Positions 16,928 to 24,887 of a DNA stretch of 47,589 nt are shown one piece after another. The number at the start of each line of letters is the position of its first letter. Within the stretch, counting starts at the first letter, position 1. The DNA is taken from positions 1 to 47,589 of the forward strand of contig CAZPKQ010000001.1 of the NCBI GenBank assembly GCA_964587205.1, written 5' to 3'. The position numbers were made by a program, and so were the translations under genes. Below the pieces are notes generated by a model. That model worked only from the letters and a program-made list of their open reading frames with translations, did not search any database and was not told where the DNA came from. The DNA comes from an uncultured Candidatus Saccharibacteria bacterium. Lineage in GTDB: Bacteria; Patescibacteriota; Minisyncoccia; Phycocordibacterales; PALSA-1337.

Positions 16928-16964
16928 GCATCGCGTTCCCTCCGGGGGGCGCGATGATTTTTTT
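16928..16964 (+). terminator. Intrinsic terminator
   Basis: CATCGCG (16929-16935) pairs with CGCGATG (16950-16956) around a GC-rich loop, followed by seven T (16958-16964). Confidence 0.8.
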
Positions 16965-16981
16965 ACAAACATTTTATGGAA

Positions 16982-17566
16982 TCAGACAAACCACTTTTTC
17001 CTATGCTTATCTAAATAGGTCATAATATCTTCGAGAAAATATTGAGCAAAACTATTGTATTTGCTTGTCTTACTTCTTTTTCGATTATTAAAATCTTCAA
17101 AACTAACTTTTCTCTTGAGCCAATGATCATCTTCAGATAGTAGTACAGTAAGAATAGGCTCAATTTTTTCTATTATATATACAAATATAGCCTCTTCATC
17201 TTGCCTCTTTTCGTAAATATCAATTTCTTTCCAAATATTAATTAAATCTGGATATCTACTTTTTAACTTTGCCAGAGATTTCAATTCTCTTTTATGTTTA
17301 TCAATCTTCTTATTTGAATATATGGAAACATCACCAGCATAAACTTCTACAAAGTCATGGATGAGTGAATACTTTATAACTTTATTTAAATCAAGTTTTA
17401 AATTATATTTTTCAATAATCATCCAACAAAGCATAGCAACCCTATATGAATGTTCTGCATCATTGTCTCTAATCATAGAACTATGGATCGAATCGAGGTC
17501 TCTATATGTAGAATTAAAGCGCTTCAATAATTTCTGATAGGCGATAATATTTTTGAAATATTCCAT
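16982..17566 (-). CDS. HD-domain phosphohydrolase (YfbR-like 5'-nucleotidase type)
   Basis: 194 aa with AEHSYRVAMLCW ... LIHDFVEVYAGDV. Confidence 0.8.
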   Translation of the reverse strand: MEYFKNIIAYQKLLKRFNSTYRDLDSIHSSMIRDNDAEHSYRVAMLCWMIIEKYNLKLDLNKVIKYSLIHDFVEVYAGDVSIYSNKKIDKHKRELKSLAKLKSRYPDLINIWKEIDIYEKRQDEEAIFVYIIEKIEPILTVLLSEDDHWLKRKVSFEDFNNRKRSKTSKYNSFAQYFLEDIMTYLDKHRKKWFV

Positions 17567-17600
17567 ATGGGCAGTGTACTATATTTCATAAAGAAATAAA

Positions 17601-17634
17601 GTTATACCTTAAACTCTATGACACTACCGTCTTC
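17601..17634. repeat. Copy A of the ychF-3'-end-like repeat
   Basis: TTAAACTCTATGACACTACCG (17609-17629) is identical to 27203-27223. Read in the ychF-like frame on the minus strand it gives KDEDGSVIEFKV-stop, against the YchF C-terminus KDGDVIEFKV-stop. Confidence 0.85.
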
Positions 17635-17984
17635 ATCTTTTCAAGAAATTTATCAAGATTTAACTGATCTTTTACTCTTAGAAAACTTCTATCAAAGATA
17701 ATTTGGTATTCATCTTCATATAGAATTTTTTCTGGCCGATCAATTATTATTACATCAACACCTCCTTTGATGACAGATTTGTGCCAGTTCAACAATCCAG
17801 AATCGAAATACTTTTTTAATCCGAAATCCTTCCAGAAAGATATTGCTCCAGGATATTTTGGTCCCTCCTTCGGTAACCATGATCCATCTGGTTTATTCAA
17901 GCGGCGAGGATCACTCATTTCAATCTCATTTGAGATTGCTTCATAAATTCCTACGCCATTTGTGATAAATCGGTAATATTCCAT
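17616..17984 (-). CDS. Hypothetical 122-aa protein
   Basis: ATG at 17984 (MEYYRFITNGVGIYEAISNE...), 5 nt after the ychF stop. The longer track ORF overlaps ychF. Its stop codon lies inside repeat copy A. Confidence 0.6.
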   Translation of the reverse strand: MEYYRFITNGVGIYEAISNEIEMSDPRRLNKPDGSWLPKEGPKYPGAISFWKDFGLKKYFDSGLLNWHKSVIKGGVDVIIIDRPEKILYEDEYQIIFDRSFLRVKDQLNLDKFLEKMKTVVS

Positions 17985-17988
17985 ATGT

Positions 17989-19185
17989 CTAAACCTTAAA
18001 CTCAATAACATCACCATCTTTGACGACATACTCCTTACCTTCAATGCGAAGTAGACCTTTTTCGCGAGCAGAGGCATACGATCCTGAAGCGAGCAATTTG
18101 TCCCATTCAATAACTTCTGCACGAATAAATTTGTCTTTGAAATCTGTGTGAATAGCTGTACCCGCAAGAGGTGCTGTCCAACCTCGCTTGATGGTCCAGG
18201 CTCTAGTCTCATCTTCCCCAGTAGTAAAATAGACAATTAGATTCAACAAATCATAGCCAGTTCGAATAAGATTATTTATACCATCCCCCTTCGCCAAGGC
18301 TTCGGGGGACAGGTCCTCCTTCGCCAAGGCTTCGGGGGACAGGTCCTCTTTCGCTGAAACGAGTTCAGACGAGGCTGGAGAGATCGTTTCTCCAACCAAG
18401 GCTTTTCTCATTTCTTCTTTTTCCTCATGATCGAAATCTTTCAATTCATTTTCGATACCAGCATCAACGACTACCCATTTGGAATTATTATTTTGAAAAA
18501 AACTAATCAAAGCCTTATAGCGCTCATCATTCAATTCATCCAAATTTTTGCCACCACTTTTTTTATTCAAAACATAAAGAATTGGCTTTGATGTTATCAA
18601 ACATAATTGTTTCAAATATGGTTCTTCAAATTCATCTACTTTGACCGTAGAAGCCAGTTTACCAGATTCGAGTATAGGAATAATTTTGTCCAATAGACCC
18701 ATTTCCAAAATCGCTTCCTTTCTACCTGATTTGAAGTCTTTTGAAAGATTACTCTTTCTCTTTGTCACGGTAGCGAGGTCTGCCATTATCAATTCAAGAT
18801 TGATAACTTCTATATCCTTGAGTGGATTGATCTTGCCGTCGACATGGATGATATTGTCATCCTCGAAAATCCTTACTACTTCTGCAATAGCATCGGTCTC
18901 TCTAATGTTTGATAAAAATTGATTGCCCAGACCCTCTCCTTCTGATGCGCCTTTGACCAAGCCAGCAATATCGACAAATTCGATAGCGGCAGGAATTGTC
19001 TTTGCAGATTTTGAAAAATGAGATAATTTCCAAAGTCGCTCATCAGGAACAGCAACAACTCCGACAGATGGATCGATAGTAGCAAATGGATAATTTGCAA
19101 TAAGAACGCTCTTTTTTGTAAGCGCGCTAAAAAGGGTTGATTTTCCCACATTTGGCAGACCGACTATTCCGATTGATAGAGACAT
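17989..19185 (-). CDS. ychF: Ribosome-binding ATPase YchF with a repeat-derived in-frame insertion
   Basis: GIVGLPNVGKSTLFSALT P-loop and a TGS-like C-terminus ...KDGDVIEFKV. I prefer the ATG at 19185. Confidence 0.95.
   Translation of the reverse strand: MSLSIGIVGLPNVGKSTLFSALTKKSVLIANYPFATIDPSVGVVAVPDERLWKLSHFSKSAKTIPAAIEFVDIAGLVKGASEGEGLGNQFLSNIRETDAIAEVVRIFEDDNIIHVDGKINPLKDIEVINLELIMADLATVTKRKSNLSKDFKSGRKEAILEMGLLDKIIPILESGKLASTVKVDEFEEPYLKQLCLITSKPILYVLNKKSGGKNLDELNDERYKALISFFQNNNSKWVVVDAGIENELKDFDHEEKEEMRKALVGETISPASSELVSAKEDLSPEALAKEDLSPEALAKGDGINNLIRTGYDLLNLIVYFTTGEDETRAWTIKRGWTAPLAGTAIHTDFKDKFIRAEVIEWDKLLASGSYASAREKGLLRIEGKEYVVKDGDVIEFKV
18288..18347. repeat. Perfect 30-bp in-frame tandem duplication inside ychF
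   Basis: CCTTCGCCAAGGCTTCGGGGGACAGGTCCT occurs at 18288-18317 and again at 18318-18347, encoding (EDLSPEALAK) twice. Its core is the reverse complement of 38374-38396. Confidence 0.9.
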
Positions 19186-19244
19186 AATTTTTATCCACAA
19201 TTAACTTGACATATTAATAATATTCGTTACAATTAAATTAATCA

Positions 19245-19823
19245 CTACGAGGAAGACCCTGATGCAGTTCCGTCTGCATTGGGGGCTTTTTCTTTTACAT
19301 TCCTCTCATGTAACTCAAGGTTTGATTTTTGATCATCCAGATATGCAATCGGAGCACCAGTTCTTTTTAATAATATTGAGCATCTCTTTGGATTACTTGG
19401 AGACAAAATTGCCTTCAGCTTCCCACCGGCTAATAATACCTTTATCAGTGGTGCATAATCTCCATCACTTGCGACTATAACGGCTTTTTCTAAGAAACCT
19501 AAATAAAAATCGCTACTGGCTTTCATTAGTAAATCTGAATCACAATTACCCTTTGGTTTACCATCTGCGTAAACAACATCCTTAAAGATCAACTCAAAAC
19601 CACATTCTTGTATATAAGAATATAAATCCTTGTACTTTGGGATCAGGCCAATAAAAATATAAGCTATTTTTACATCATATTTCTCAGATAACCAGATCCT
19701 GAACTTCCGATAATCTAAACGCCAATTTAAATGATTTCTGAGAGCTTTATCAAGATTTGTAGCATCAATATAAGCAATATTGACCGGATGCTCTTTTTGC
19801 AACTTATTTTGAAACAAAGACAT
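19245..19823 (-). CDS. NYN/LabA-like (PIN-like) domain protein
   Basis: ...NIAYIDATNLDKAL...VIVASDGDYAPLIKVL... I prefer the ATG at 19823 (MSLFQNKL...); the track start at 19871 is TTG. Confidence 0.75.
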   Translation of the reverse strand: MSLFQNKLQKEHPVNIAYIDATNLDKALRNHLNWRLDYRKFRIWLSEKYDVKIAYIFIGLIPKYKDLYSYIQECGFELIFKDVVYADGKPKGNCDSDLLMKASSDFYLGFLEKAVIVASDGDYAPLIKVLLAGGKLKAILSPSNPKRCSILLKRTGAPIAYLDDQKSNLELHERNVKEKAPNADGTASGSSS

Positions 19824-20295
19824 GAAATGAGCATAACACAAAGCGGTGCTACTTGTCATAGCACCGCTCAATCCTCACCAAATCCACCCTACCGTCGAAC
19901 GGATCCAGAACGATGAAGAGAACGAGGATCAAAGAGAAATACCTGACCCGGACCGAGACCGGTAGGCACCGTCCTCAAGTTGGGAAGTTCCTCAGGAGTC
20001 ACCGTAGGCACAGGTTGTTGACGGCCTTTTTTGTGGTCGTCAGCTGCCCCGTGTGTTTTCAGCATGACCCAATTGGGAATACTTCCATTATTGTTCTTGT
20101 AACGAGAGCGAAATCGCTAATGAGACACGCTCGGAATTTGCTTAAAGCCCTTTGCCATAATAGCTCCGTTGTTGAGGTTGAAGCAAACTAAGTTATCGAA
20201 CCAAGCCAATCAATCCGTACAAAATATTGCCACAAATAGACATTTTGTACAAATATTTTAATAATATTGATAATCGAGTACCAAACTATAGAAAT

Positions 20296-21735
20296 TTACC
20301 CCACCTCACTCGCCCCTTTTTCATAGATATTGAGGGGTACTTTATTTAGATTTTCCAAAATCGGGGTTATAAATTCCCAAGAAGCCATGATCTCACCCGT
20401 CGATGCAAAAAGAGTCTGATCACCTATGAAGGCATCGTGAATCAATCTCTCATAATCATTCTTCAACAAATTGAAATTTGGTACATCTGAATACTTGAAC
20501 TTCAATGTCTTGGCCTCAGTATCAAAACCGTATCCAGGCGTTTTTACAAAAAACTTGATTTTTATACCTTCATCAGGTTGTACTCGAAAAGTCAAAATGT
20601 TTTGTTCCAAAATATCTTCATTTTTTGTTACTTTCTTTTTGCCTTTTATTTTATTTTTGAAATATATATCGATCTCAGTCTTTGTCTCACTCAAAGCCTT
20701 CCCATTTTCGAGGTAAAATGTCACTCCTTTCCATCTAGAATTTTCAACCTCTGCTTTGAGCAAAAAATATGACTCAGTTTTCGATTCTGGATTGACCTTT
20801 TCATCAAGATAACCTTTGTACTGTCCGCGTACTAGATTTTGGACAACTTGTCTTGAATTTAGCTTCTTGAGACTAGACAATACCTTTTGCCTTTCCCTAC
20901 GGATATCTGTAGCCTGCATTTTCTTGGGTGTATCCATAGCGACAAGAGCGAGCATTTGGAGCATGTGATTTTGTCCTACATCTTTCAATGCACCGATCGG
21001 ATCATAGAATGCACCACGACCTTCAAGACCAATCTTTTCATAAAGTTTGATATGAACTTTGTCTATATGCTCTTTTGACCAGAGCGATTCGAAGATAGGA
21101 TTTGTAAATCTAAATGTCAAAATATTTTGTAGAGCCTCCTTAGCCAAATAATGATCGATACGGAAAATTTGCTCTTCTTTGAACAATTTACCCAAAAGCT
21201 TATCGAGAGATTTTGCGGTTTCTATATCATTTCCAAAAGGTTTTTCTATAAGTACTCTAGTCCAACCACTTTTATCATCACAAGGTATTGTCAGACCAGA
21301 ATTGGCCAATTCCTTGAGGATCCCTTCATAAAGATTTGGCGGAACAGACAAGTGAAATAATTTGTTTGAACATTGACCCCATGCATCATCAGTTTTCTTG
21401 AGTCGATCTGCTAAGCGCGAATACGCAATAGGTGAATCGAAATAGCCTTGCTCATAAGAGATATGATCAAGAAAATGTTTGACATCTTCTTCGTTAAATT
21501 GACCAGGGAGGATATTCAATCGGCTTCGAATCAATTCCCGAAACTCTTCACGAGAAAATTGCCTTCTTGAAAACCCAACAATCGAAAATCTTGGCGGTAA
21601 TAATTTCTTTACATAAAGTGACAAAAGAGCGGGCAGAAGTTTGCGATGAGCCAGATCGCCAGTGATACCAAATATGACAAAAATAGTAGGATGCAAAGCA
21701 AGTGGAGCGATGGGCTGATTGGGCTTAATTTCCAT
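20296..21735 (-). CDS. zwf: Glucose-6-phosphate 1-dehydrogenase
   Basis: FGITGDLAHRKLLPAL and RIDHYLAKE motifs, 479 aa. Confidence 0.93.
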   Translation of the reverse strand: MEIKPNQPIAPLALHPTIFVIFGITGDLAHRKLLPALLSLYVKKLLPPRFSIVGFSRRQFSREEFRELIRSRLNILPGQFNEEDVKHFLDHISYEQGYFDSPIAYSRLADRLKKTDDAWGQCSNKLFHLSVPPNLYEGILKELANSGLTIPCDDKSGWTRVLIEKPFGNDIETAKSLDKLLGKLFKEEQIFRIDHYLAKEALQNILTFRFTNPIFESLWSKEHIDKVHIKLYEKIGLEGRGAFYDPIGALKDVGQNHMLQMLALVAMDTPKKMQATDIRRERQKVLSSLKKLNSRQVVQNLVRGQYKGYLDEKVNPESKTESYFLLKAEVENSRWKGVTFYLENGKALSETKTEIDIYFKNKIKGKKKVTKNEDILEQNILTFRVQPDEGIKIKFFVKTPGYGFDTEAKTLKFKYSDVPNFNLLKNDYERLIHDAFIGDQTLFASTGEIMASWEFITPILENLNKVPLNIYEKGASEVG

Positions 21736-21768
21736 AAAGGATTATAGTATATGAGAAAAGTCTTTTTT

Positions 21769-21972
21769 CTACAATTTTTCTCCCCACTCCGACCACTTCG
21801 GATAAAATGTACCGGCGATAAACACACTAGGCAAAATTATAATTCCACACAAAATCCAAAGACCCAAAACCAATAGTCTTGGTATAAGCTCTGCAAGAAA
21901 GTCGAACATCCCCTTCCAGACCTCCCATAGTTCTTTGAATAATTCTTCTACTGTGGCTGTAAATCCTTCCAT
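21769..21972 (-). CDS. Possible small membrane protein
   Basis: 67 aa with one clear hydrophobic helix (LLVLGLWILCGIIILPSVFIAG). Confidence 0.45.
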   Translation of the reverse strand: MEGFTATVEELFKELWEVWKGMFDFLAELIPRLLVLGLWILCGIIILPSVFIAGTFYPKWSEWGEKL

Positions 21973-22082
21973 ATTGGCATATTAGTACAGACCTTAGAGC
22001 AAATCAATATATTGCTTATCGTGACACAAGAAAAACATTACAATCTACGCAAACTTCATACATTTGTCTTCACTATATTATT

Positions 22083-23087
22083 TCATTTATCTTCTCTATG
22101 TCTTTTCTCAACCTGCTTTTGAATATCAACGATTGATTTCAAATATGCTTCTTCTACTGGTGAAAGTGTTTTAGCTTGATATTTCTTATATTCATTCTCT
22201 GCTTTTTGAATTGCCTGTTCATGGCTAATACTACCCGCATTTTCTAATACTCCTTTTCCGTAGTTGAAAGCAAACTTGTCTAGTTCTGTAACCCAATCTA
22301 TCATACGCATTTTATTATGCTCTTGTGCTTTTATTTCAGCAAGATCAAAAAAGGCTGAAACTATACGATTAAGCCGAAAAAGCTCATCTTCCGCTAGATA
22401 ATTCTTTGCAATACTTATATCAGAACGGACAGGATGCGCACCAGCAAAAGTTGTTAGCCCCATAAAGTCTTTTTCAGCATCAGCTCTAGAATGAATTGTT
22501 TCTGCGGCGGTTTTTTGGTTAGTTGCATAATGCAATTTATTCTGCACTGTTTTAAAAAATTTGACTGATTCTTCACTTTGTGGATCATAATCAATACTAG
22601 TTGAATATAGATCCAGTACTTGACGATACAATGCTTTTTCACTACTGCGAATATCGCGAATGCGCTCCAATAGTTCTTTCCAATAATTTCCTCCTCCGGT
22701 ACCTTTGAGCCGTTCATCGTCCATAGCAAAACCTTTGACAATATATTCACGCAGTCGTGCTGTAGCCCATTGTCTAAATCGAGTACCCTGAACAGAACTT
22801 ACACGATATCCGACCGATATAATTACATCAAGGTTATAATAATTTGTGGGCTTTGTAGAAAAATCGGTATTTCCGATTTTTCTCATAGTATCTTGCTCTA
22901 TAAGCTCATTTTCTGCATATATATTTAAAATATGTTCATTTATCGTAGAACGACTTTTATCAAACAATTCTGCCATCTGATCAATAGTCAGCCAAACCGT
23001 TTCATTTTCTACATGCACTTCAATTTTAGGTTGGCCATTATCACCTCCATATATTAGTACTAAATTGTTTGATTCTTCTTTTTTCAT
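22083..23087 (-). CDS. rhuM: RhuM-family protein
   Basis: 334 aa with ...VWLTIDQMAELFDKSRSTINEHI...YNLDVIISVGYRVSSVQGTRFRQWATARLREYIVKGF..., the typical RhuM family pattern. Confidence 0.8.
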   Translation of the reverse strand: MKKEESNNLVLIYGGDNGQPKIEVHVENETVWLTIDQMAELFDKSRSTINEHILNIYAENELIEQDTMRKIGNTDFSTKPTNYYNLDVIISVGYRVSSVQGTRFRQWATARLREYIVKGFAMDDERLKGTGGGNYWKELLERIRDIRSSEKALYRQVLDLYSTSIDYDPQSEESVKFFKTVQNKLHYATNQKTAAETIHSRADAEKDFMGLTTFAGAHPVRSDISIAKNYLAEDELFRLNRIVSAFFDLAEIKAQEHNKMRMIDWVTELDKFAFNYGKGVLENAGSISHEQAIQKAENEYKKYQAKTLSPVEEAYLKSIVDIQKQVEKRHREDK

Positions 23088-23119
23088 TATGCTATTTTAA
23101 TTTACGGATTTATTATAAA

Positions 23120-23590
23120 CTAATTAAAGTAATTATTTTCAATAATGAAATCGTTTACCTTTTTACTTATTTCTCCGATGATTGCTAATTCTGGTATATT
23201 TTTATACTTGCGCGTCATTTCCAATAGCATTTCATCTGAAAAATAATCAAATCCTTTTTTTACATATAATTTATTAACTTTTTTTATTTCCAGTTTGTCT
23301 TTTTTAGAAAAAATACTATTAAAAGATAATTCGAATTCTTCAGAAACAATTTCCAAATCATGCCCTATAATTTTTGCTAAAAAATCTTTTCTTGCCTTAG
23401 TGCACCCTTTACTCAGAATTGCAGCTTTTAAACCTCTTTCTATTGAAGATAAATACATTGAATATGTTGCTAATGAAAAATTTGTTTTATTATACAAGTT
23501 AGCCGCCTTAAAAAAATCATCTGATATTCTAGCTAAAATATACGGGGTAATAACAATTTTTAAAGTCTCGCATTTCATTATATAGTCCAT
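23120..23590 (-). CDS. Hypothetical protein, possibly HEPN-like
   Basis: 156 aa and very AT-rich. SSIERGLKAAILSKG...KIIGHDLEIV loosely resembles the HEPN helix pattern. Weak. Confidence 0.5.
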   Translation of the reverse strand: MDYIMKCETLKIVITPYILARISDDFFKAANLYNKTNFSLATYSMYLSSIERGLKAAILSKGCTKARKDFLAKIIGHDLEIVSEEFELSFNSIFSKKDKLEIKKVNKLYVKKGFDYFSDEMLLEMTRKYKNIPELAIIGEISKKVNDFIIENNYFN

Positions 23591-23805
23591 ATCATTTCTG
23601 TGGTTTTTTGTTTTTAATTAAAATTCTCATATTAACAACCTGTAATTCACCATTTAATCAACATGTTGAGTGTAAAATTCATCATTTTTGGTTTCGTTGG
23701 CCTTGTGGAGATTTTGATTTGAATTTGTCTTTTACATATTCATAAAATCATTTCAAAAGCTTGCTATTTGAGATCTCTAGGACAATAGTTTTTCTGAATC
23801 AATTT

Positions 23806-23881
23806 TGGTGGACCTGAGCGGGCTCGAACCGCTTGCCTCCGCTTTGCAAAAGCGGCGCTCTACCAGGTGAGCTACAGGCCC
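23806..23881 (-). tRNA. tRNA-Ala: tRNA-Ala (anticodon UGC), CCA encoded
   Basis: Manual cloverleaf: GGGCCTG-TA-GCTC-ACCTGGTA-GAGC-G-CCGCT-TTTGCAA-AGCGG-AGGCA-AGCGG-TTCGAGC-CCGCT-CAGGTCC-A-CCA. G3:U70 is present. Confidence 0.97.
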
Positions 23882-23962
23882 AATGAGTACATATTAACTC
23901 AAAGTATTGCTATTGTAAATGGTATTACTTCAATTAAATAAATACAGGCATTTAGATCATTA

Positions 23963-24253
23963 CTACATACTTCTTACTAACTGTTCTCCAAAAGGCAAGC
24001 AGTATTTTATTAATTGATCCTCATAGAACAAATCTTTTTTTTCTTGCTCTTCTATTATGAGCTCTCTTATTTTGGTAAGTTCATACTTTGCCCCTTCACT
24101 CTTTTCAAGATCTAGGACCTTACTAATTATTCCCAAAGCATTATTTTTTGAAGCTATAGAATAAGATTCTTTCCCACTTTTCATAAACGAAAACATTCTA
24201 GCGATTTCCGGACCCAAATTTGCTAAATATAATAATGACTGTTTATTTTTCAT
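23963..24253 (-). CDS. Hypothetical 96-aa protein
   Basis: Plausibly helical ORF. No family recognised. Confidence 0.5.
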   Translation of the reverse strand: MKNKQSLLYLANLGPEIARMFSFMKSGKESYSIASKNNALGIISKVLDLEKSEGAKYELTKIRELIIEEQEKKDLFYEDQLIKYCLPFGEQLVRSM

Positions 24254-24431
24254 AATTTATCCTGCAGTTCCTTTCTGGTTATTTTTTGATTAACAATAAT
24301 AATTTTATCCATAATCAAAGTATATGATAGTTATTAAATCGATACAATCTGTAAGGTACAATTGCAATTAGACAAAATCTGATATAATTATATCGGCCGT
24401 TTATCAGTTTTATAAACTAATAATAAATACT

Positions 24432-24518
24432 ATGGCCGACGCACCAAAATGCCCAGATTGCAATCATGAACATAAACAAGAAGATGGTACATGTTCATGC
24501 GGTTGCACAACAAAATAA
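24432..24518 (+). CDS. Possible 28-aa Cys-rich micro-protein
   Basis: MADAPKCPDCNHEHKQEDGTCSCGCTTK (CxxC ... CxCxC), followed directly by a strong terminator. Below the track cut-off. Confidence 0.35.
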   Translation: MADAPKCPDCNHEHKQEDGTCSCGCTTK

Positions 24519-24521
24519 AAC

Positions 24522-24548
24522 AAAAAATCCCCTTTCGGGGGATTTTTT
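24522..24548. terminator. Bidirectional intrinsic terminator
   Basis: AAAAAATCCCC-TTTC-GGGGGATTTTTT lies between the convergent micro-ORF and the DUF378 gene. Confidence 0.85.
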
Positions 24549-24562
24549 GTAATAAACTATTG

Positions 24563-24766
24563 TTACATCTGTGGAGCTGGAGCCTTGGACTTGCCTGTAA
24601 ATAAGACAACCAATGTAGCTAGACCAACTACAACATAGACGACCTGTGCACCTGTAGAACCTACGCCGAAAAGATAATCGACAAGATTCAAGCCAAATGC
24701 ATGTAGAAGCCAGTTTAGACCTCCGATTACTAATAGAACAAATGAGACATTATGTAAAGCCTTCAT
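24563..24766 (-). CDS. DUF378-type small membrane protein
   Basis: 67 aa with ...FVLLVIGGLNWLLHAFGLNLVDYLFG..., the characteristic DUF378 pattern. Confidence 0.8.
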   Translation of the reverse strand: MKALHNVSFVLLVIGGLNWLLHAFGLNLVDYLFGVGSTGAQVVYVVVGLATLVVLFTGKSKAPAPQM

Positions 24767-24887
24767 GTTATATTATTAATTATAATAGTTACCAGTATAA
24801 TTATACCATTTTTAGCTTATGCAAGAATGGTTATCCACAATGTCATCATAATTGATTGAAATAGTTTTAGAGTAAGATATAAACCAT

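Noticed and set aside
17985-18236. N-terminal extension of the 206-aa track ORF 17616-18236
   Set aside because: This part overlaps the ychF coding region in another frame. The ATG at 17984, right after the ychF stop, gives a compact 122-aa gene.
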